From: Octopus sinensis
Lineage: Eukaryota
Assembly: GCF_006345805.1 (NCBI RefSeq)
Contig: NC_043010.1
Coordinates: 30,318,001-30,382,000, forward strand
Direction: 5' to 3'
Length of the DNA stretch: 64,000 nucleotides
Of this stretch, positions 39,466-52,840 are shown one piece after another (positions within the stretch are counted from its first letter, which is position 1; each line of letters begins with the position of its first letter). The position numbers and the translations under genes are program-made. The notes beneath the pieces were generated by a model. The model searched no databases. It was given only the letters and a program-made list of their open reading frames with translations, and had not been told where the DNA came from.

Positions 39466-41151
39466 TTTCAACATCGTGCTCAACCGACCAGCCCAGATCA
39501 ACGAGGAAGCCATCGCACGACTCCCCCAGGTGCCGACAAACCACGAGCTGGCTGTTCCCCCTGCAGTCGAGGAAGTGAGCAGAGCCATTAAAAAAATGTC
39601 CACCGGCAAAGTTCCAGGCTCTGACGCCATCCCTGCAGAGGTGTTCAAGTCGGGCGGCCCCACCATGATCAGTCAGCTCACTAGCCTGTTCCAGTCGATG
39701 TGGGACAGGGAACAACTCCCTCAAGATTTCCGGGACGCAACAATCGTCCACAGGAGAAATGCATGGAGCAGCACCTTGACCTCTGCATGACCTTTGTTGA
39801 CCTCACCAGAGCTTTCGATACAGTCAGTCGGGAGAGACTCTGGAAGGTCATCGGAAAATTTGGTTGCCCCATCAAATTTATTGCAATTGTCCGCCAGTTC
39901 CACGACGGAATGACAGCCAGAGTCCTTGAAGATGGCAACTCATCTGAAGCCTTCCAGGTGACCAACGGAGTCAGGCAGGGCTGTGTTCTGGCCCCAACAC
40001 TGTTCAGCATCATGTTCTCGGCAATGCTGTCCGACGCCTTCAGGGACTGCAAGTCCGGTATCGACATCAAGTACAGGATGGACAGGAAACTTTTCAACTC
40101 CAGAAGATTGCAGGTCGTCACAAAGGTCGTCAGAGACTTTCTCTTTGCTGACGACTGCGCCCTTAACGCAATCGATGAGCAGGAGATGCAGCTCGGGATG
40201 GACAGGTTCTCATCAGCCTGTGACAACTTTGGTCTCACCATCAGTGCCAAGAAAACCGAAGTGATGTTTCAGCCAGCCCCCGGCAAACAATACCATGAGC
40301 CTCAGATAAAGGTGAATGGATGGCTCCTACGAGCGGTGGAAAACTTTACCTACCTGGGCAGCACTCTCTCCTGCAATGCCAACATAGATGCTGAAATCAT
40401 CAACAGAATCTCCAAGGCAAGCATCGCGTTTGGAAGACTGTGAAAGAAAGTCTGGGAGCGGAGAGGAATCAGCCTCAACACCAAGCTGAAAGTCTACTGG
40501 GCAGTCGTGCTTACCACCCTACTATATGGCTGCGAGACATGGACTGCTTACCGAAGGCACAAGCGCCAGATAATCCACTTCCACCTCAGGTGTCTTCGGA
40601 ACCTCCTTCACATCTGCTGGCAGGACAAAGTCCCAGACACGGAAGTTATGAAGCAGGCAGATCTCCCTAGCACCATCACGATCATGCGCAAGGCCCAGCT
40701 GAGATGGGCAGGCCACATCTCCCGCATGGCCGACACTCGCATCCCAAAACAGCTCTTCTACGATGAACTCAGCCAGGGCAAACGCAAAGTCAGAGGGCAG
40801 AAGAAGCGCTTCAAGGACAGTCTCAAAGTCTCTCTCAAAGACTTCTCCATCGGCACAGAGACTTGGGAGACACTTGCTGCCGACCGCTCATCCTGGCGCA
40901 GCGCAATCACCACAGGAGCAAAGACAGCTGAGGAGAGACGGATTCAGTCAGCAGAACAGAAACGCCAGATGCGGAAAGCCAGAGCCACCTGCACCAATAG
41001 CACAGCCCCTACCCACTTCTGCCCCACCTGTGGGAGGGGGCTTTCTTGCCCGGATTGGCCTCACCAGCCACCTCCGGTCTCATAGCAGCAATTCCACCAA
41101 ATGATGTCAATGATCATCTTCGAACCCGAAGGACGAACATTATGTCATTAT
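39466..41151 (+). mobile_element. RTE-clade (BovB-like) LINE, 5'-truncated, lightly mutated
   Basis: FVDLTRAFDTVSR, GVRQGCVLAPTLF, FLFADDCAL, FTYLGS, LLYGCETW, QLRWAGH and C-terminal CPTCGRGFLARIGLTSHLRSH. Perfect 11-bp TSD tacaatacaca at 39455-39465 and 41152-41162. Confidence 0.92.
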
Positions 41152-41475
41152 TACAATACACAAAATCGATCTCAACACGTGGTAATCCAATTATTTCCAT
41201 GTATTCCAATAATTTCTTGTTGATTATTCAAACCAATACCTCGTGAGTGAAATTTGGAAGTTGACGATTTCTGTTCTTTGGGCTGGGCTTGTCCAGTTTT
41301 TCATCTCCACTATCTGGCCACCACCTCCGGAAACTTTAACTGAATCCACTTTGTTGCTGCGGTTATTTTGAATCATGTTTCTCTCATCTGAAGATATAGA
41401 CAAACAGAAATGGGGCATCTCAAGATAACCTTTCGTTAATCTCAGATTTGATAAAAGTCCTGGGAGCTGATTATA

Positions 41476-41521
<46 letters not shown>

Positions 41522-42624
41522 AGCTCACATACATAGGTATATATGAAGTAATATAGATAGATTTCCGAAAGTTCTCTCCACACTCCCCAGGCTCATTTGC
41601 GCAAATTTTTTTTGTCGTATTCGTTTTCTACACAGGGGTGAAGATATTTATGTTAACCTCACAGACACACACGCATGTATATGTATTACATATATAGATG
41701 ATAACTTGCATATATTTCGGCCAAAGACTGACCTAGGCATTGTCTAACTTTATAGCATCACCTGAGAGTCATTTTAAAGCGAAGTTTTGTAGTATCATGG
41801 GTCCGTTCAACTAGGGAATTGCTTGTATGTATGTATAGTGTGTGTGTGTGAATATGTGTTTATATCCATAACCATTAGTCCAGCAATATACATTCTGTTT
41901 TGCCTATGGGCTCATTGGAAACTAAGGAACAAATATTTAGGAAGAGTATAATGTATGACAAGGAGGAAATGAAGACAAGGGTAATCACTTCCCGGAATAC
42001 ATTTATACATATATATGTATGTACGTAGCCACGCGCGCACACAGTATTCGATAGTTGTTTAGTAGCAGGTCAGCCTGATAGAGCAAACCAATGCTCACAA
42101 GCGTTCCAGCCGTGACTTTCTCGTCTTTAAATTTTCACACATTCATATTCAAAGTTTTCAAGATTGTATAATAACGTAAGAGATATTCGACTGCTGCTTC
42201 TTGCAGATCAGCGACCGCCTAGCACAGAGAAAGGGAACCTCCTCACCTTTAAATTTGAAATGTCCTCTTGGTTCTCTAAAATTTCCGGTATGCTGTATTT
42301 TAGGGAGTACCCGAAACCCATATGGAAAAAAAGGTTGCTTAAACTTTGAGCCTAAAGAGTATATTTAATATAAGTAGGCACCGTAAGTTGTATACCCATG
42401 AACTGTAACAATAAAGAATCATTACTTTTTTCAATATATATATTCCCTTAATTTGTTGTATACTTACGATTCGCTCATGGGATATTAAAACGGTTTTACA
42501 CCCTAGTCTAAAAGTTCCCACTGTGGCTTAATGTGTTAACTTTGTTTAACAGAAAATTTTCCATCATGAGTTATTTCTCTTTATTGTTAAATTCCTCTGC
42601 AAATGTGAAGAACTGTTAGAGCGT

Positions 42625-42657
<33 letters not shown>

Positions 42658-42658
42658 G

Positions 42659-43530
42659 TGAGTCGTCTAAAAGACCGTAAGTCAGGGAAAAGACGCACTC
42701 GTATATCTGTCAATACTGTGGGTATATTATCTGAAATGTATAGTGCTAAATATCCATCACAGCTGGTCTTACCAGTCGGTTTTGCATAAAGAATACAATG
42801 GGGTGTTAGACAACAATCTGATTATATAACTTTACGCTCATCAGAGTTAGGCGATAAGGAAGGGGTGACTGCTCTTTTTTGTGTGTGTGGAAACTCCCTG
42901 AATTTAAGCCCAAAATGTTGTTTCCATTGGTGGTTTGGGTTGGTCAAAGTAAAAAGCCTTCCTTCTCATGCTCCTGATCAGTTCAATTATTTTTCTCCAG
43001 CAGCATCCTTATATAAAGTTTGTTCAGGGGTGTTGGGATATTCTTTATTGAATATTGTAATATTCCAAATCCATTTGTAAAAGATGTATAAAAAATATAA
43101 TCTTTGATGACTATGAAGAGTGGAACACTGGTGAAATTAGCTACATGGCACAAGCCGTGAAGGACCTATTGCAATATGTTCTACATTATGTGGCAGCGTG
43201 TGCATAACGTGCATGAGTCATCTAAGCAACCGTAAGTCAGGGAAAAAAATGCACTCATATACGTGTCAGTAGAGTGGGTTTATTATCCGAAATGTATAGT
43301 ATTAAATATCCAGGGTGTGTTAGGTAACAAACTGATTATATAACTTTATGCTCATCAGAGTTAGCTGATATGGAAGGGAATATGGCACCATATCCCCTTC
43401 CATATCAGCTAACTTTAATGAGCCTTATATAATTGGTTTGATACCTAACACTCTATTGTATTCTTTACTTGAAGCCAATTAGTAAGACCAGCCATGATGG
43501 ATATTTAATGGTATATATTTTGGATTATAC
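42659..43530 (-). mobile_element. Truncated Penelope-like insertion: inverted pLTR, pLTR, ORF N-terminus, pLTR
   Basis: Repeat copies at 42659-42864 and 43214-43379 (direct) and 43392-43530 (inverted). The minus strand between them encodes YSIKNIPTPLNKLYIRMLLEK/IELIRSMRRKAFYF. Confidence 0.65.
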
Positions 43531-43714
43531 ATATATGGATCAAAGCTGTTTGATTCAAACTCCTTGGTACTCTGAGTGTCAAATGTGATGCTCATTTTTG
43601 ACCATTGGTGTCTGAATTTAGATCCATACATACATGTAACTCCCAAAAGTGTTTTGAGTGCCCCTCTCTCATTTGTCTACTTACTGGTGTGTATGTATGT
43701 ATGTATATATATAT

Positions 43715-43745
<31 letters not shown>

Positions 43746-46603
43746 TGATTTAAAAGTTTGACAAAAAGCCAGCAAGTTGGGGGTAAAGGTGCTCAACTTT
43801 GGTTATTTTGTTGACTCCAAAAGGATGAAAAGCAAAGTCAACTACAGTAGAATTTGAACTCAGAATGTTATCCTGGCATGCTAATGGTTCTACCAGCCCA
43901 TAGATGTGTTACTCACTTTTAGTATTTGGGTTGCAGCCATGCTGGGGCACCACCATGAAGGAATTTGGTCAAATAGATTGACCCCAGTACTTATTAAGCC
44001 TGATGTTCTGTTGTTCTCTTTGTTGAACTGCAAGTTATGAGAACATAAATAAACCAACACTGGTTGTCAAGCAGTCAGCTGAAAGACAAGATGCCACGCA
44101 ATGGGACTGAACCTGAAACAATTTAGATACAATAGCTTCTTAATTGATACTGCCATGCTTTTTTCCCCCCAAATTCTGGTTTTTGGGATTTTTCAGAAAA
44201 TTTTTGTGAATATGTGTTCTACACATGGAAATTCATACGATTATGTGAATATAATTTTTTCATTTTTAAACCTGCCTCCCATAAATCTTGAAATTTCCAC
44301 TTTTTTTAACATTTAAAAAAAAATCTGTGTATAATTTCAAAATAATATTGATGCAGGCAGGGGGGTAAAAATTTAAATTACAAAAAGTTTTTTTTTTTTT
44401 TTTTACTTAAATCCCAGCAATTGACCATCATTATTTTATTAAATGTATTAACGAGAAGAAAATTATTGAAAAACCTCAATACATGCTAGAGGGACAAAGA
44501 AACAAGGAAGGTGGTCATGGGATGATCTAAAAACAACTGCTAAATGCCCCTTAAATTACACACCTTTTTGTATGAAAATTATTTTAAAATTATAAACAGA
44601 AACAACTGGCAGATTCAGACAGTCTTTATTTTAAAACTACAATTAAAAGATAAAAGTTTGAAAAAGAGTGGAATTTTTAAGGTTTATAAAGGGGTGGGTG
44701 TTTCAAAAATTTTTTTAATACTTTTTTGCATAATTATATGAATTCCCATGTGTAGTGCGCAAAAATTTCTGTATGACACAAAAATTAGTACAAGACCAGC
44801 AAGTGATTATATTGACCCCAATGCTCAACTGGTTCTTTTTTTATTGACCCTGAAAGAATGAAAGACAAAGTTAACCTCGACAGAATTTGAACTGAGGGAA
44901 CACGTGAAGGTGAGAGACCCGGGAAGACATGGGATGAAATACAGAAGAATGACCTTTCAGATGAAATCACAAATGACTGAGAGACCTGGCACTTTACTGT
45001 ACTCAAGAAGACCCATACCACACATAAGCAGTGATAAGGCCACTCTCCCTGGTGAAGATGATTAGCTTGCAGGACAACTGCACGGGTGCCATGTAAAAGC
45101 GCTCGTGTGGTGCTACATAAAAGCACCCAGCACACACTGTAAAGGGGTTGGTGTTTGGAAGGGCATCCAGCCATAGAAATCAGACTGGAGCCTAGTGCAG
45201 CTTGTCAGCTCTGGTCAACTCATACCAGCATGAACAATGGACATTATATAATGATGATGATGAATCCAAAGATAGACAAAATGTCTCTAAGCATCTTGGC
45301 TGGCGTGCCTACAATTCTGCTAGCTACCCTTAACTGAAGGATAGCATCTGATTGCTAGTGTCCACAATTTTAGCTTGTTTGAGAAATGAAAAACTGAAAC
45401 TTTTATTATTTTCTTGTCTGTGAGTTGAAACATTTTTATGGATAAAAGGTGCAAGGCTACCATGAATTGTTCAAGTTGATCAGCAACATAAGCACATTGT
45501 AATTTTGGGGATGAAAATTACTAACCACCGGCAATTTGGTTCAGTTGTTATTTTTAGCAGCTCTAGCTTAAATTCATTTAATGTTTGTGCTGTATAGAAA
45601 AGAGCTTTTACTTAATAGCAAAAGTGAAGTGGGTAAAAAGCACAAATAAAACAAGGGAAAAAGAAGATAATAGTAGGGAGTTAAAAAGATGGAATTTTGA
45701 AGAATTATTTTTGTGACAAACATTAATAAATGCCTGAAAGAGGTGATGGAGAGGAAGAGAGTTAGAAAATTTTGAAAAACATGGATATTTAAAAAAAATT
45801 TTTCACTTTAAATATAAATTACAAGTGCTTCACAGTGTGTAATATTATAATCTAGCACTATGACCCGGCAACGCCGGGTCATAGTGCTAGCATCAGTCAT
45901 AGCACCAGCATCGGTTGTCAAGCAATGTTGGGGGGACAAACATATACACACACATACATATATACGACGGGCTTCTTTCAGTTTCCGTCTACCAAATCCA
46001 CTCACAAGGCTTTGGTCAGCCCGAGGCTATAGTAGAAGACACTTGCCCAAGGTGCTACGTAGTGGAACTGAACCCGAAACCATGTGGTTGGTAAGCAAGC
46101 TACTTACCACACAGCCACTCCTATGCCTATATTATCTACAAAATTCTTAAAAATTCCAATTTGAATTTTAATTAAAAACTGTTTTTCAAGATTTTTTTTT
46201 TATTCTTAAAGATTCAAGCATATGCTTAAATCGCAAAGCATTTTCTTGTTTACTATTATCAGTCACAAAACAAACTTTATATTTATTGTAGCATAGGCTT
46301 GTCTATCTCTCTCACCCTCTACTGTTTTCATTTAAGATAAGTGATTACAAAGTTCTGTTTAGCTACTGGGAAAATATCTATGAAATGTTTTTACATTATA
46401 TCGATCACTTGCATCTATTGTTTGGCTTAACATGTTTTCAAGGTCTTCCTCTCTTTAGTCTTCATTCATAACCCTCACCACTTCTTTGCATTTGAAACAT
46501 TTTATCTTTCACGGAACATTCTGGCATCTTCACTTTCTTCCTTTGCAATGCTGCTTCTCTCTCTTTCTCCTTTTTTTTAAGATCTTCCTTCATGTGGTCT
46601 TTA

Positions 46604-46655
<52 letters not shown>

Positions 46656-46781
46656 TTCTCACACACACACACACTTCGTTCAAAAGCTGGCACATTTCAA
46701 GAAATGAAGAATGTGAGAAAATTACATTCAAAAATAAGTTATTTCATTGCATACACAGGTAAGTTTGTATGAGTGTGTGAT

Positions 46782-46813
<32 letters not shown>

Positions 46814-46822
46814 TATATATAT

Positions 46823-46858
<36 letters not shown>

Positions 46859-46860
46859 AT

Positions 46861-47460
46861 ATCATTTAACGTCCACTCCCCATGCTGGTATGGGTTAGAC
46901 AGTTTGACTGGAGCTGGAGAGCTGCCTCAAGTTCCAATCTGATTTGACATGGTTTCTCTAGCAGGATGCTCTTCTTAACACCAGCAGCAATCACAACTCA
47001 TGGGTGCAATTTACATGGTACCATCAACATCTACGACTACAATGCATAGCTGTCATTTATATGGCACAGGCAGCAACAAAGACTATGAATCATGGGTGCC
47101 ATTTACATGAGACCAGCACAGGCCACAACTACGATTTCACTTGACCTGATGAATCTTGTCACACACAGCATATTGCCAGAGCTCTTAGTCACTTATTATC
47201 ACCTCTGTGAGGCCCAAGTTTGAAGATCATGCTTCACTACCTCGTCCCATATCTTCTTGAATCTACCTCTTCCACAAGTTCCCTCCACAGTTAGAGACTG
47301 GCACTTCTTTACACAGCTGTCCTCATCCATAAGCATCACATGACCATATCAACGCAATTGTCTCTCTTTGCACACCTCATCTGATGCCTCTTATGCCCAG
47401 CTTTTCTCTCAAGACACACTGTTGTACATGCACAGTGACATTGCCACACAACCACTCCTA
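46861..47460 (-). mobile_element. RTE-type 3' end or RTE-tailed SINE remnant; similar tails at 37390-37445, 45075-45265, 51770-51905 and 53400-53620
   Basis: Minus translation GHVMLMDEDSCVKKCQSLTVEGTCGRGRFKKIWDEVVKHDL; tail ccagcatgg...ggacgttaaatgat. Confidence 0.65.
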
Positions 47461-49175
47461 CACATACACATATATATACATACATACACATAAACACAAC
47501 AGACTTTCAGTTTCTTTCTACCAAATTCACTTACAAGACTTTGGTTGACCTATCACTATAGTTTAAGACACTTGCCCAAGGTGTATAAAGTGCAAGACTT
47601 TAAAATAAAAAAGTACTGGAATTGACTTGTTCAACTAAAACCCTTGGAGGTGGTGTTTCCACCATGGCTGCAGTCCAATATTGGGAACAAGTAAAAGACA
47701 AAGGATACACACACACACGTGTGTGTGTGTGTGTACTTGACAACTTGGCTTATGTCCTACATAACTTAACCTGGTACTTATTTTATTGATCCTGAAAGGA
47801 TTTTACCCTGTGTACTAATGATTTTACCTGCTTGCTGCCTTAGTAATATATGAAATATAATGATATTATGAATGGTCAAAGATCTGCATATCAATCTTAA
47901 CTCCAAAAAAGAGACTAGCATTGACTTCTGGTATATTGATTACCAATGTCAGCCTAAGGGTATATTAACAGTAAACTTAAAAAGGGTCACTATAGATGAA
48001 GCCATTCCTAAAAAGGAGGTGTTGGGTTTATTGTGAAATCTTATGTTTTTATTATTGTTTACCTCCAGGTCAGACATTATTAACTAAAGACATTCCAATC
48101 ATGGCCATCCTATCTTTTTAGGGCTGTGTAGGACTACATTCCCTAATGTTTCCATCTCTCTATATTTAACCCTTTAGTATTCAGATTATTCCGTCAAATG
48201 TAATGTTTATTTATTGACCTTGTTTTGAATTAATCATGCATTATCTCATATCTTCAAGATTTCAATGATGTGATTGCATATTTTTAGAATGGCATTGAAG
48301 GGTAGATGCAAGAGGCTGGATGACTGGTTTGAACATTAGACAGGTTGAATATTTGGGCTAGATATGGTTGGTTCAAATGCTAAGGGGTTAAAACAGTTGG
48401 GTGTTATTTAAGGCTGTTTCAGCAGCTATTTTTAACAAATTGAGTAACCACGAGAGGTTCTCTCAACAGCTCAACAAAATCTTGGTTTAGAAAGTTATGT
48501 TTCTCCAGCATGTGAAATTACGTTAAATTGAAAATGCTTTCAAATATTTTGCTCAAAGTCAGCAAATTTTAGGCAGAGAGAACAAAATAAAGTACCAGTC
48601 AAGTACTGGTATTGATGTAATTGAGTGATTTAAAAAAATTTTATTGACCTTGAAAGGGGGAAAGGCAAAGCCATCTGCAGTAACATTTGAAGTCAAAATG
48701 TTAGTCAGAAATGTTGCTAAGCATTTTGTCCAGCATGGTAAGGATTCTCCCAGCTCACCACCTTTGGCACAATGCTAACAATTGTGAGGGCGAGGTGTGA
48801 AGCACACTGATTACATTGACGACCCCCAACATTTGACTGGTGCTTTATTTTATTGATTCCGATGAAGTATGAAGCAATGATGACCTTAGCAGGATTTGAA
48901 TTCAAGAATGTAAGGATATAGAAGACATGATACTAAGCATGTTCACTGACTTGCTAACCATTCTACCATCTTGCTACTTAAAACTAAACTGATAATAAAG
49001 GTGATGTATATTAGTTATTGAGTAAATTCAGATTCTGAAACCTTTTAACTTTGAAGTTTAGCCTTTTATAGATGATTATGATTATAATGAGATGAGATAA
49101 AATATAAATTTCTCCATATGTATTAATTTTTTTTTTTTTTCCAGATAATAAAGTTTTTATGAAGACTTAAGTGAC

Positions 49176-50621
49176 ATGATGGATATGCATAGAAATAAGA
49201 AGGACTGCCCTATTCACACTGGCGATTTATACCACCACAAGACGCAGGAGATGAGAACTGCTGATGGAGCTTCTGAGAAACATTTGCCAAGTTCCAGAGA
49301 TGTTATGGGTACTTCTCATGTTGATGTTGCACAATCTTGTCCCAGTGAAATGTACAAAGTTGCTGTTCCTGTCCGAACAATTCTTCCCAACCCCAAGAAA
49401 TCTCTACTGCCATCTGATAAACCCTTCTCCTGTGATGTCTGTGGTAAAAAATTTGCACGATTCAATATTTTGCAGAATCACAAAAAACTACATTCAGTAC
49501 ATAATCCCACTGTTGGTGCCTTGCAACCTAGTGAAAAGCCATTTTTCTATGACATCAGCAATAACTTTGGTGCTCCAACCCATCATCACACTCATGCACC
49601 ACACACCGCACATGCTCCATTTGTTCCATCTTGGGACCTTGTCGAAATGCACAAGTTAGCTTATGAACGTATGCAGGCAGCAAATGCATCAACCTCTGAA
49701 ACGCTCTCTGGCTCTGAATCTAAGTACCCTCCACTTGCAGAACTGTATCCCACACTACCATCATCTACTCAGTCTAACTCTCGTGGTGAACGCTCACATG
49801 ATTTCTTAACATTCCGTGACAATATGGGGACCTCACATGAGACTGTCACTTCTCCAAATTCAGCCCCAATCATTACTCCTTATCCAACAGATTCTCCTTC
49901 AAATAATCATTTCAATTGTGTGCCTTCTTCTGTCTCTGAAAAATCCTTTGTCTGTGACATCTGCAAAAAGTGCTTTGCTCGACGTGATACACTGCAATGT
50001 CATAGAAGAATTCATGACAACGAGAAACCATTTGGTTGTGAGATTTGCGGTAAGAAGTTTTCTCGACGGGACAAACTCCAGTCTCACCTGCGTGTGCATT
50101 CAGGTGAGAGGCCATTTCCTTGCAATATCTGTGGGAAAGCATTTGCTCAGTCAGACAAGCTCAAGTGCCATATTCGCACACACACAGGTGAGAAACCCCA
50201 TCCGTGTGACCTGTGCCCTAAAAGATTTGCAAGGAGGGATACCCTCCAGTGTCATAGGCGGACTCATACCGGTGAGAAACCGTTCATGTGTGACACATGT
50301 GAAAAGCGATTTTCACGTCGGGACAAACTGACATGCCACAGGCGTGTTCACACAGGCGAGAAGCCATTTGGATGTGAAGTCTGTGGCAAGCAGTTTGCTC
50401 GTTCTGATAAGTTGCACCGACACAAACGTACCCATGACCCAACAAAAATAAAATCTTTTCTTTCAATTCCAACTTCTGATGGTAACAACAGCAGCCAAAC
50501 TGAAAACCTATCTCCATTGAACAAAACTCTTTACTCTCAACAAGCACTTGCCTCTGTACTCCCTACAGCTAAAGATTACTCATCTATGAGTACCAACATT
50601 TGGCAATCACTCTTTATTTGA
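49176..50621 (+). CDS. C2H2 zinc-finger protein, 481 aa: one isolated finger plus six tandem TGEKP-linked fingers; CDS in a single exon
   Basis: Intact ORF. A strong (t)n-ccag acceptor ends at 49144, and in-frame TAA TAA lie upstream of the ATG. The CxxC...HxxxH array spans 49947-50435. Confidence 0.95.
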   Translation: MMDMHRNKKDCPIHTGDLYHHKTQEMRTADGASEKHLPSSRDVMGTSHVDVAQSCPSEMYKVAVPVRTILPNPKKSLLPSDKPFSCDVCGKKFARFNILQNHKKLHSVHNPTVGALQPSEKPFFYDISNNFGAPTHHHTHAPHTAHAPFVPSWDLVEMHKLAYERMQAANASTSETLSGSESKYPPLAELYPTLPSSTQSNSRGERSHDFLTFRDNMGTSHETVTSPNSAPIITPYPTDSPSNNHFNCVPSSVSEKSFVCDICKKCFARRDTLQCHRRIHDNEKPFGCEICGKKFSRRDKLQSHLRVHSGERPFPCNICGKAFAQSDKLKCHIRTHTGEKPHPCDLCPKRFARRDTLQCHRRTHTGEKPFMCDTCEKRFSRRDKLTCHRRVHTGEKPFGCEVCGKQFARSDKLHRHKRTHDPTKIKSFLSIPTSDGNNSSQTENLSPLNKTLYSQQALASVLPTAKDYSSMSTNIWQSLFI

Positions 50622-52223
50622 TAAAATATCTTGCTCATCATCCTGTTTGAATGTCTTGTGTTCTTCTCCCGCCCCCCCCCCCCTGCATCTCTCTCTCTCT
50701 AGCTTTCTACATAGCTACCACCAATGGTGACACACTTCTCCCATCACTTTATGCAGCTGTGAAGACCTTGTCTGTAGAAGTTGGTAGGTTGCATCTGGGG
50801 CCAAAACTTTACTTTGGAAGTGAATTTATCATTATCCCCTTCAAAAAAGACTTCATGGTTGGAAAGAGGTGGAAGTCATATATATTTAAATCTACAATCT
50901 ATAACTCATAGAGCTGTAGGTGCACAACAGTATAGTATTTCAGTGTGTCTCAGGTCACCTGGTTTTGCCTGTTGGTTCCCCAAACAGTTCTGTAAACTGG
51001 GTGGTTTTCTATGTTTTGTCAACAACCATCTGATCATGAGACACCTCATATTAAATTACTGGGTGCTTGTACCAGGTAGTACGTGAACTGACCATATTTT
51101 CAAATCTGTAAACTTTTAAAATTCTACCATTTCATACTACTTTCCACTGACGTTTTCACATCTAAAGTCTGTAGGAGCTTCTATGCTGTTGCTCAAATTT
51201 CTCCTTGATCAAACCCTATCATAAAAAAAGGGAAGGACACATGAGATACTGTAGTCTCTTTTATACAAGATGGCAGTCAGGCTTTTATTTTAATCCTTTA
51301 ATATTCAAACTGGCCTATTCAGGCCCAAATAATCCACCTGTTTTATGTTCAAACTGACCAGATCAGATCTCTTACACCTACCCTACAATGTCATTCTAAA
51401 AGTAAGCAATCACAATCAAAATCTCAATGCATAATTAATTCAAAACAATATGAATAAACATTACATTTGATTGAGTAATCTGAATGCTTTAGGGTCAAAG
51501 TGCCATTGTCTATTCACATAGCAACATTCAAGGTTAATCTCATAATGGGTGCTACAGAATTCTAAAACCCTGTTGAACCAAATGTTCAAACCCAAGACTG
51601 ATTTGTGATTTGCTACTCATTTTACATTGCTCAAAATTTTAAGGCCAGGCATGACTTTATAGCATGATAATGTTCACTCTACAATTGCATGGTTCCAGGT
51701 TTCATCCTGCTACTTGGATCTTTGAGAAATATCTTCTACCACTGTTTGGAAAAAATATGTCTGGCCACGGGGAAATATAACCTTGCTTGGAAACAGTTGA
51801 GGGTTAGCAACAGTAAGGGCATCCAGCTGTAGAAAATCTGCCTCAACAATCTCTGATCAACTCATGTAAGCATAAAATAGGGAACGTTAAAATGATAATG
51901 ATGATATACATACAATCACAGGGTCGTGTGTTTGATTAATAGACCAAATGCCCAAGGCTAGACACTTCATTTCATGTTGCTCCAGTCTACTCAGCCAACT
52001 ACTGCTGCTGCACTCTATCCAGCTGTCTCATTTAGGAAGTGATGGTGGGTTAAGAATTTCTGTGTCTGTTTGTGACCACCTAGGCCCTAAAGTAATTTGC
52101 AAAAGTATGGTACATTCTGCAAAGTTATCCTTGATTCTGAGTGATGGTCATAGTATCTGTGTTTGTGTGCCGATTGTATGAATATATATCATTATTAAAA
52201 ATAAAAATGTTATTTATTTACAT

Positions 52224-52840
52224 CAGTGATTCTCAACCACTTTTTTTTTTTTTGCATATGGAACCACATTAGTTCCTATTTTGCTCAGGTAGGCCTTCAT
52301 AACCATTCCATGTTCAAAAACTATTGTATTTTGATATCAAATATACTCATTTACTTGTTTCAGTCATTTGACTGTGGCCATGCTGGAGCACCGCCTTTAG
52401 TTGAGCAAATCGACCCCAGGACTTATTCTTTGTAAGCCTAGTACTTTTTCTATCGGTCTCTTTTGCCGAACTGCTAAGTTATGGGGACGTAAACACACCA
52501 GCATCGGTTGTCAAGCGATGTTGGGGTGACAAACACGGACACACATACATATATATATGACGGGTTTCTTTCAGTTTCCGTCTACCAAATCCACTCACGA
52601 GGCTTTGGTCGGCGCGAAGCTATAGTAGAAGACACTTGCCCAAGGTGCCATGCAGTGGGACTGAACCCAGAACCATGTGATTCATAAGCAAGCTACATAC
52701 CACACAACCACTCTTACGACTATGTTAGAAATTGTATAAAAAAAATTTTAATATTTTTTTGTGTATTATAGAAGTATAAGCAGTTTATGTCAAATAAATT
52801 AACAACAAAATCTTATATGTATCCTGGTTGAGAACCACTG
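52224..52840. mobile_element. hAT (Charlie-like) MITE carrying a nested family-A SINE
   Basis: TIRs cagtgattctcaacca and tggttgagaaccactg; 8-bp flanks atttacat and atttaaag match at 6 of 8. Confidence 0.75.

Noticed and set aside
46462-46731. Charged 89-aa minus-strand ORF as an exon
   Set aside because: Built from (GA)n plus decayed RTE-like 3' sequence.
49264-50547. Alternative-frame and antisense ORFs overlapping the ZNF CDS
   Set aside because: Shadow ORFs of the repetitive finger codons, with no motifs of their own.
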